The position numbers and the translations under genes were made by a program. Shown in pieces: positions 6,799 to 12,329 of a stretch of DNA of 12,329 bases. Origin of the DNA: a virus (taxonomy: Duplodnaviria; Heunggongvirae; Uroviricota; Caudoviricetes); IMG/VR virus record IMGVR_UViG_2737471824_000002; one strand, 5' to 3'. Positions within the stretch are counted from its first letter, which is position 1. Every line of letters begins with the position of its first letter. The notes beneath the pieces are model-generated. The model was not told the DNA's origin and ran no database searches. It worked only from the letters and a program-made list of their open reading frames with translations.

Positions 6799-8446
6799 CA
6801 GCACTTCCGAGTCACTGGCGGCAACACCAAAAGCCGTTAAGGCCGCGTATGACCTGGCTAACGGGAAATACACCGCACAGGATGCAACGACAGCACAGAA
6901 AGGGATAATCCAGCTAAGCAGCGCGACCAACAGCACGTCTGAAACGCTTGCCGCGACACCAAAGGCAGTAAAAGCAGCCAATGACAATGCTGAGAAACGT
7001 CTGCAGAAAGATCAGAACGGTGCGGATATCCCTGGCAAAGATACCTTTACGAAAAATATTGGTGCCTGCCGTGCCTTCGGTGGGTCAGTAAGCACAACAA
7101 CAGGAAACTGGACGACTGCACAGTTTATCGAGTGGCTGGATTCTCAGGGAGCATTTAACCATCCATACTGGATGTGCAAGGGTTCCTGGTCTTATGGCAA
7201 TAATAAAATCATTACTGATACTGACTGCGGTAATATTCATCTCGCCGGAGCTGTCATTGAAGTAATGGGGATAAAGTCAGCGATGACGATCCGCATTACC
7301 ACACCGACCACCTCCACTGGTGGTGGAACAACTAACGCCCAGTTTACCTATATTAATCACGGAACAGATTATTCACCTGGCTGGCGAAGGGACTATAACT
7401 CCAGAAATAAGCCAACGGCATCAGAGATCGGGGCGTTACCGTCAGGTGGAACAGCAGTATCATCAGTTAATCTGGCTTCAAAAGGTCGGGTAACCGCGCT
7501 GACAGACAATACGCAGGGGGCAGCAGGTCTTGAGTTATACGAGGTGTATAACAACGGATATCCAACAGCGTATGGAAATATCATTCACCTGAAAGGGATG
7601 ACAGCCGTTGGCGAAGGTGAGTTACTCATCGGCTGGAGTGGTACAAGCGGTGCTCATGCTCCGGCATTTATTCGTTCACGACGGGATACGACCGACGCAA
7701 ACTGGTCGCCGTGGGCGCAGCTTTACACCTCGGCTCATCCTCCTGCAGAGTTTTATCCAGTCGGTGCACCAATCCCGTGGCCATCAGATACCGTTCCGTC
7801 TGGTTATGCCCTGATGCAGGGGCAGACTTTTGACAAATCTGCATACCCGAAACTTGCAGTTGCTTATCCGTCAGGCGTGATCCCTGATATGCGTGGCTGG
7901 ACGATTAAGGGCAAGCCCGCCAGTGGTCGGGCCGTATTATCTCAGGAACAGGACGGCATTAAATCGCACACCCACAGCGCCAGCGCATCCAGTACGGATT
8001 TGGGGACGAAAACCACATCGTCGTTTGATTACGGAACCAAATCCACGAATAACACCGGGGCGCATACCCATAGTATTAGCGGGACCGCAAATAGTGCCGG
8101 TGCGCACCAACACAAGAGTTCCGGTGCATTTGGTGGCACGAACACGAGCATTTTCCCTAATGGTTATACCGCGATTTCAAATCTAAGCGCGGGGATTATG
8201 AGCACAACAAGCGGTAGTGGCCAGACTCGTAATGCAGGGAAGACATCATCAGATGGTGCTCATACCCACTCGCTGTCCGGCACTGCTGCAAGCGCAGGCG
8301 CACATGCACATACTGTCGGTATTGGTGCTCATACGCACTCCGTTGCGATTGGTTCACATGGACACACCATCACCGTTAACGCTGCTGGTAACGCGGAAAA
8401 CACCGTCAAAAACATCGCATTTAACTATATTGTGAGGCTTGCATAA
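6788..8446 (+). pseudogene. stfQ: Side tail fibre protein (lambda Stf-like), N-terminally truncated; only a GTG pseudo-start
   Basis: The C-terminal ~230 aa match the lambda Stf C-terminus ([13 protein letters not shown]…[11 protein letters not shown]…[30 protein letters not shown]…[31 protein letters not shown]); the STSE(S/T)[11 protein letters not shown] motif occurs twice near the 5' end; the central part is unlike lambda. The N-terminal virion-attachment region is missing. Confidence 0.85.
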
Positions 8447-9021
8447 TGGCATTCAGAATGAGTGAACAACCACGGACCATAAAAATTTATAATCTGCTGG
8501 CCGGAACTAATGAATTTATTGGTGAAGGTGATGCATATATTCCGCCTCATACAGGTCTGCCAGCAAACAGTACCGATATTGCACCGCCAGATATTCCGGC
8601 TGGCTTCGTGGCTGTTTTCAACAGTGATGAGTCATCGTGGCATCTCGTTGAAGATCATCGGGGTAAAACGGTTTATGACGTGGCTTCCGGCGACGCGTTA
8701 TTTATTTCTGAACTCGGTCCGTTACCGGAAAATGTTACCTGGTTATCGCCGGAAGGGGAGTTTCAGAAGTGGAACGGCACAGCCTGGGTGAAGGATACGG
8801 AAGCAGAAAAACTGTTCCGGATCCGGGAGGCGGAAGAAACAAAAAACAACCTGATGCAGGTAGCCAGTGAGCATATTGCGCCGCTTCAGGATGCTGCAGA
8901 TCTGGAAATTGCAACGGAGGAAGAAATCTCGTTGCTGGAAGCATGGAAAAAGTATCGGGTATTGCTGAACCGTGTTGATACGTCAACTGCACAGGATATT
9001 GAATGGCCAGCACTGCCGTAG
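8446..9021 (+). CDS. tfaQ: Tail fibre assembly protein (Tfa)
   Basis: 191 aa [54 protein letters not shown]…; start overlaps the stf stop (TAATG at 8444-8448); Tfa-family chaperone adjacent to stf, as in lambda. Confidence 0.85.
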
Positions 9022-9097
9022 GGTAAAACATATAAATTCTATAATTAGATGTATCTTTCCATTTACGGCAAGGAAGGGGGCTTGGAAGACGTAAAGC

Positions 9098-9120
9098 ATC
9101 TCACACCGAGATTATTTTTT
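9098..9120 (+). terminator. Weak candidate terminator between the convergent tfa and pin genes
   Basis: ATCTC-ACACC-GAGAT hairpin (5-bp stem) followed by TATTTTTT; the T-run overlaps the pin stop codon on the opposite strand. Confidence 0.3.
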
Positions 9121-9709
9121 ATATGTCAGGTGTCTGAAGTTTTGCTTTGGCTCTTAAAATGGTTTGCCGCGAGGTTTTGAATTCCCGGGCAATGGCACTT
9201 ATACTTACACCTGACTTAATTCGTTCGAATACCGCCTGTTTCTGTTCTTCATTTAACACAGGTGGTCGACCAAAACGTTTCCCTGCGCCGCGGGCTCTTA
9301 CTATCCCGGAATGAGTGCGTTCAAGTAAAAGGTCTCGTTCAAATTCAGCGACTGCTGAAATTACTTGCATCATCATTTTTCCTGTTGGACTGGTCAGGTC
9401 AATGCCCCCCAATGCTAAGCAATGCACTCTGATACCTGTTTCGGTCAGTTGTTCCACTGTTTTCCTGATATCCATTGCATTACAACCAAGGCGATCCAGT
9501 TTTGTCACAATCAATTGATCACCACATTTCAGGCGAGCAAGCAACCGGTTAAAACCAGGACGCTCACTGGTTGCTGCTGAGCCGCTAATGTGTTCTTCGA
9601 TTATTTGCTGAGGTTTGATTTTAAAACCTGCACTTTCGATTTCCCGGCGTTGATTTTCGGTGGTCTGATCCAGCGTTGATATCCGACAGTAAGCAAAAAT
9701 TTGAGACAT
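9119..9709 (-). CDS. pinQ: Pin-family serine DNA invertase (Gin/Hin/Cin/Pin resolvase-invertase family)
   Basis: 196 aa [75 protein letters not shown]… with the catalytic Ser in the YxRxST motif near the N-terminus and a C-terminal HTH ([18 protein letters not shown]). Confidence 0.9.
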   Translation of the reverse strand: MSQIFAYCRISTLDQTTENQRREIESAGFKIKPQQIIEEHISGSAATSERPGFNRLLARLKCGDQLIVTKLDRLGCNAMDIRKTVEQLTETGIRVHCLALGGIDLTSPTGKMMMQVISAVAEFERDLLLERTHSGIVRARGAGKRFGRPPVLNEEQKQAVFERIKSGVSISAIAREFKTSRQTILRAKAKLQTPDI

Positions 9710-10025
9710 AGTGAGACTCTATACGAAATTGGTGTTCATATCATAATGCATCTCAGAAAATAATTATGATTATTTTTGTGCATATTTGTATGTACACGTT
9801 CGAAAATAAACGAATGCGTATGCAACCCCGTAATTTTGGTGAGACCCAAAATCGATTTTGTGAAAAATGGCTTTAACTCGGTTTGTTTTTCGAGTTCCGG
9901 GCGGACTCAAGGAAGAAGAATAGTGTTGCGTGTTATTTTAACCAGATTTCAAGTTGTTTGGTCGTGGAAAAGTGGAGCAAAATGTTGTTAAAGTGGAAAA
10001 ATGATAAAAAAGTAAGTTTATTATA

Positions 10026-10259
10026 TTACATTTTACCATTTAAATTTTGGTTGTCTTTAAGAACTGATATCGCTGTTTGTAATAATTCTTTGTTATCCAG
10101 CCATGATTTTTTCTTTATGTTTCCTTCAATGTAATCAAGCAATGTTCTGGTATTGATAGGTCTTCCCTGTTTTGCTACTTCCACTACAGCATCCCCTAGG
10201 ATAATTCTTACTTCAGGAAGCTGCGCAGGGAACCACTTTAGGGTGTCTTTTGATTTCAT
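10026..10259 (-). CDS. ydfK: YdfK/YnaE-like small protein (annotated as cold-shock protein in K-12 prophages, as I recall)
   Basis: ORF 10026-10292; the internal start at 10259 (MKSKDTLKWFPAQLPEVRIILGDAVVEVAKQGRPINTRTLLDYIEGNIKKKSWLDNKELLQTAISVLKDNQNLNGKM, 77 aa) is preceded by AAGGAA; a TATAAT -10 on the minus strand (10298-10303) would place the transcription start after the longer ORF's ATG. Confidence 0.75.
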   Translation of the reverse strand: MKSKDTLKWFPAQLPEVRIILGDAVVEVAKQGRPINTRTLLDYIEGNIKKKSWLDNKELLQTAISVLKDNQNLNGKM

Positions 10260-11045
10260 GAAGATATTCCTTAAAATATTATTGATTTTCATTGCGATAT
10301 TATATGTCTGATTCAGGATATGTTGACTTATACATCGGTTTTGTCTGGGTTATTGGATATGCCAATCCCTAATTTTATTAGGGCATGACTAAAAATGCTG
10401 AATATGATAAGGAGAGATGTGATTATCAGTATGCTGTTCATATAGCCTCGAATTAGTAATGTGTTATATATGATATAGTTGACAATTTTTATCTTGGGTG
10501 TTCTTAAAGTTCGTAGATAAACATTGTCGTTTCAGGTATACAGGAATGCTAACAGGTGGCAGCAAAAATCAGGCGGTTTATGGCGCAAGCTGAAGCGGCA
10601 ACTGCAAACTATCTTATGCAGAGACTCTACACGGATTGGGTTTAAAAGTATACATAGATAACAGTTTTTATCTGAAAAAGAAAAATATCAAGGTGATATA
10701 GCCTATATGCCTTTGATGCGGAGGAATGAATGTGATGGGAGTGATGTATCTGAATAGTTGAAAAACCGCAGACACGCCTTATGCAAGAACGTGCTGCGAT
10801 TGGCTGGTAAATTTTTCGATAGTGTGAGTATTGAATGATTTCCAGCCGTTCTTGATTTTACGCATAAATCCATGAAAAAACTACTTATCTGTTGGGGAGT
10901 TTTTTTGGGGCATATATGGGACAGAAATAGGCCCCAGATAGACACTGAGATCGAACTTAGGATGCTTTTTAAAAAAATGCAACTATCTGAAAAAACCTAG
11001 AAAACGCCAAGGAAACCACAGGATGGGAAAAAACACCTGTGAATT

Positions 11046-12329
11046 ATGGATTTCCAGTTATATTCGCTCGGCGCAGCGTTAGTGTTTCATGAAATATTTT
11101 TTCCTGAATCATCAACGGCAATGGCGTTAATTCTGGCAATGGGAACCTACGGTGCAGGTTATGTGGCGCGTATTGTCGGAGCATTTATTTTCGGCAAAAT
11201 GGGCGACAGAATAGGGCGTAAAAAAGTGCTCTTTATTACCATCACCATGATGGGGATCTGTACCACCTTAATTGGTGTGTTACCGACCTATGCACAGATT
11301 GGTGTTTTTGCACCCATCTTGCTGGTGACGTTGCGTATTATTCAGGGGTTGGGTGCAGGTGCGGAAATTTCCGGTGCCGGTACGATGCTGGCGGAATATG
11401 CGCCAAAAGGTAAGCGCGGAATTATCTCCTCATTTGTGGCTATGGGAACTAACTGCGGAACCTTGAGCGCAACGGCAATCTGGGCCTTTATGTTCTTCAT
11501 TCTCAGTAAAGAGGAACTGCTGGCGTGGGGATGGCGTATACCGTTCCTGGCGAGTGTTGTCGTGATGGTCTTTGCTATCTGGTTGCGTATGAATCTGAAA
11601 GAAAGCCCGGTCTTTGAGAAGGTTAACGACAGTAACCAACCGACAGCAAAACCTGCACCTGCTGGTAGCATGTTCCAGAGCAAATCCTTCTGGCTGGCAA
11701 CAGGGCTGCGTTTTGGTCAGGCGGGTAACTCCGGGTTAATTCAGACTTTCCTTGCAGGCTATTTAGTGCAGACGTTATTGTTTAACAAAGCAATTCCAAC
11801 AGATGCATTGATGATCAGTTCGATTCTCGGCTTTATGACCATTCCGTTCCTTGGTTGGTTATCCGATAAAATTGGTCGCCGGATCCCGTATATTATTATG
11901 AATACCTCCGCGATTGTGCTGGCATGGCCAATGCTTTCTATCATTGTAGATAAAAGCTATGCCCCGAGCACCATTATGGTTGCACTGATTGTGATTCATA
12001 ACTGTGCGGTGCTGGGATTATTTGCTCTGGAAAACATTACCATGGCAGAAATGTTCGGCTGTAAAAACCGCTTTACCCGGATGGCTATTTCTAAAGAAAT
12101 TGGTGGTCTTATCGCTTCCGGTTTTGGTCCTATCCTGGCGGGTATTTTCTGCACCATGACGGAATCCTGGTATCCGATCGCCATTATGATCATGGCATAT
12201 TCAGTGATTGGTTTAATCTCTGCGCTGAAAATGCCAGAGGTGAAAGACCGTGATTTAAGTGCGCTGGAAGACGCTGCGGAAGATCAACCGCGTGTTGTAA
12301 GAGCTGCGCAACCTTCCAGAAGTCTGTAA
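11046..12329 (+). pseudogene. ydfJ: MFS transporter (metabolite:H+ symporter family, YdfJ-like), N-terminally truncated at the prophage junction
   Basis: 427 aa ending at TAA at the window end; contains the MFS loop motif G-x3-D-R-x-G-R-K-K (GKMGDRIGRKKV) and multiple TMDs; it begins within the first TMD (MDFQLYSLGAALVFHEIFFP…) with an in-frame stop (TGA 11040-11042) directly upstream. K-12 ydfJ is interrupted by Qin. Confidence 0.75.

Noticed and set aside
6613-8435. Alternative-frame ORFs within the terminase stump and tail fibre gene (6613-6987, 7393-7584, 7608-7814, 7893-8186, 8217-8435)
   Set aside because: All nested in the long tail-fibre frame, whose C-terminus matches lambda Stf; typical Arg/Pro-rich shadow frames of GC-richer coding DNA.
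8510-9031. ORFs 8510-8791 (+) and 8735-9031 (-) inside tfa
   Set aside because: Alternative or antisense frames within the Tfa coding region.
9022-9118. Search for a gix/hix/cix-type 26-bp recombination site between tfa and pin
   Set aside because: No sequence with the expected AAACC-NN-GGTTT core and 12-bp half-sites was found by eye; only a weak hairpin terminator is present.
9315-9518. 67-aa plus-strand ORF inside pin
   Set aside because: Antisense to the serine-invertase frame, which has its catalytic motif and HTH.
9776-10134. ORFs 9776-9991 and 9883-10134 between pin and ydfK
   Set aside because: No SD, Cys-rich or low-complexity translations; the region more likely holds the divergent pin and ydfK regulatory sequences (including the 14-bp palindrome).
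10479-10507. Plus-strand TTGACA -35 hexamer upstream of the transporter fragment
   Set aside because: No acceptable -10 element at 16-18 bp spacing (TCTTAA/CTTAAA only), so not called as a promoter.
10703-10945. 80-aa minus-strand ORF in the AT-rich region before the transporter fragment
   Set aside because: No SD; low-complexity translation; lies in the presumed prophage-host junction region.
11342-12193. Minus-strand ORFs within the transporter gene (11342-11683, 11430-11639, 11759-11944, 11996-12193)
   Set aside because: Antisense to a long MFS transporter frame with clear family motifs.

Overview
This window reads as one end of a defective lambdoid prophage closely resembling the E. coli K-12 Qin cryptic prophage, entered through the right end of an IS1 copy and exiting into a host MFS transporter gene (ydfJ-like) that the prophage has split. 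Left to right: IS1 (insB 3' end); a divergent cspF-like/cspB pair; a phage-21-type lysis cassette (pinholin with dual start, YdfR, SAR endolysin, embedded Rz/Rz1 spanins); a cold-shock moron cluster (cspI, a small zinc-ribbon ORF, a YnfN/YmcE-like ORF, gnsB); ydfO and ynfO on the minus strand; a lambda-type cos site with the Nu1-like small terminase; an 81-codon N-terminal stump of the large terminase joined directly to an N-terminally truncated side tail fibre gene; tfa; a Pin-family serine invertase; ydfK; and the ydfJ fragment. No tRNA, rRNA or CRISPR array was seen. All identifications rest on reading the translations and recalling known protein families and lambda sequence, since no searches could be run. 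I did not find a clearly novel multi-gene system; the most interesting unexplained items are two small zinc-ribbon ORFs beside csp genes (one with no canonical start codon but a good SD), an SD-led 11-codon ORF in a structured region after cspB, the ynfO/ydfO two-gene module, and the cos plus deletion-scar architecture.
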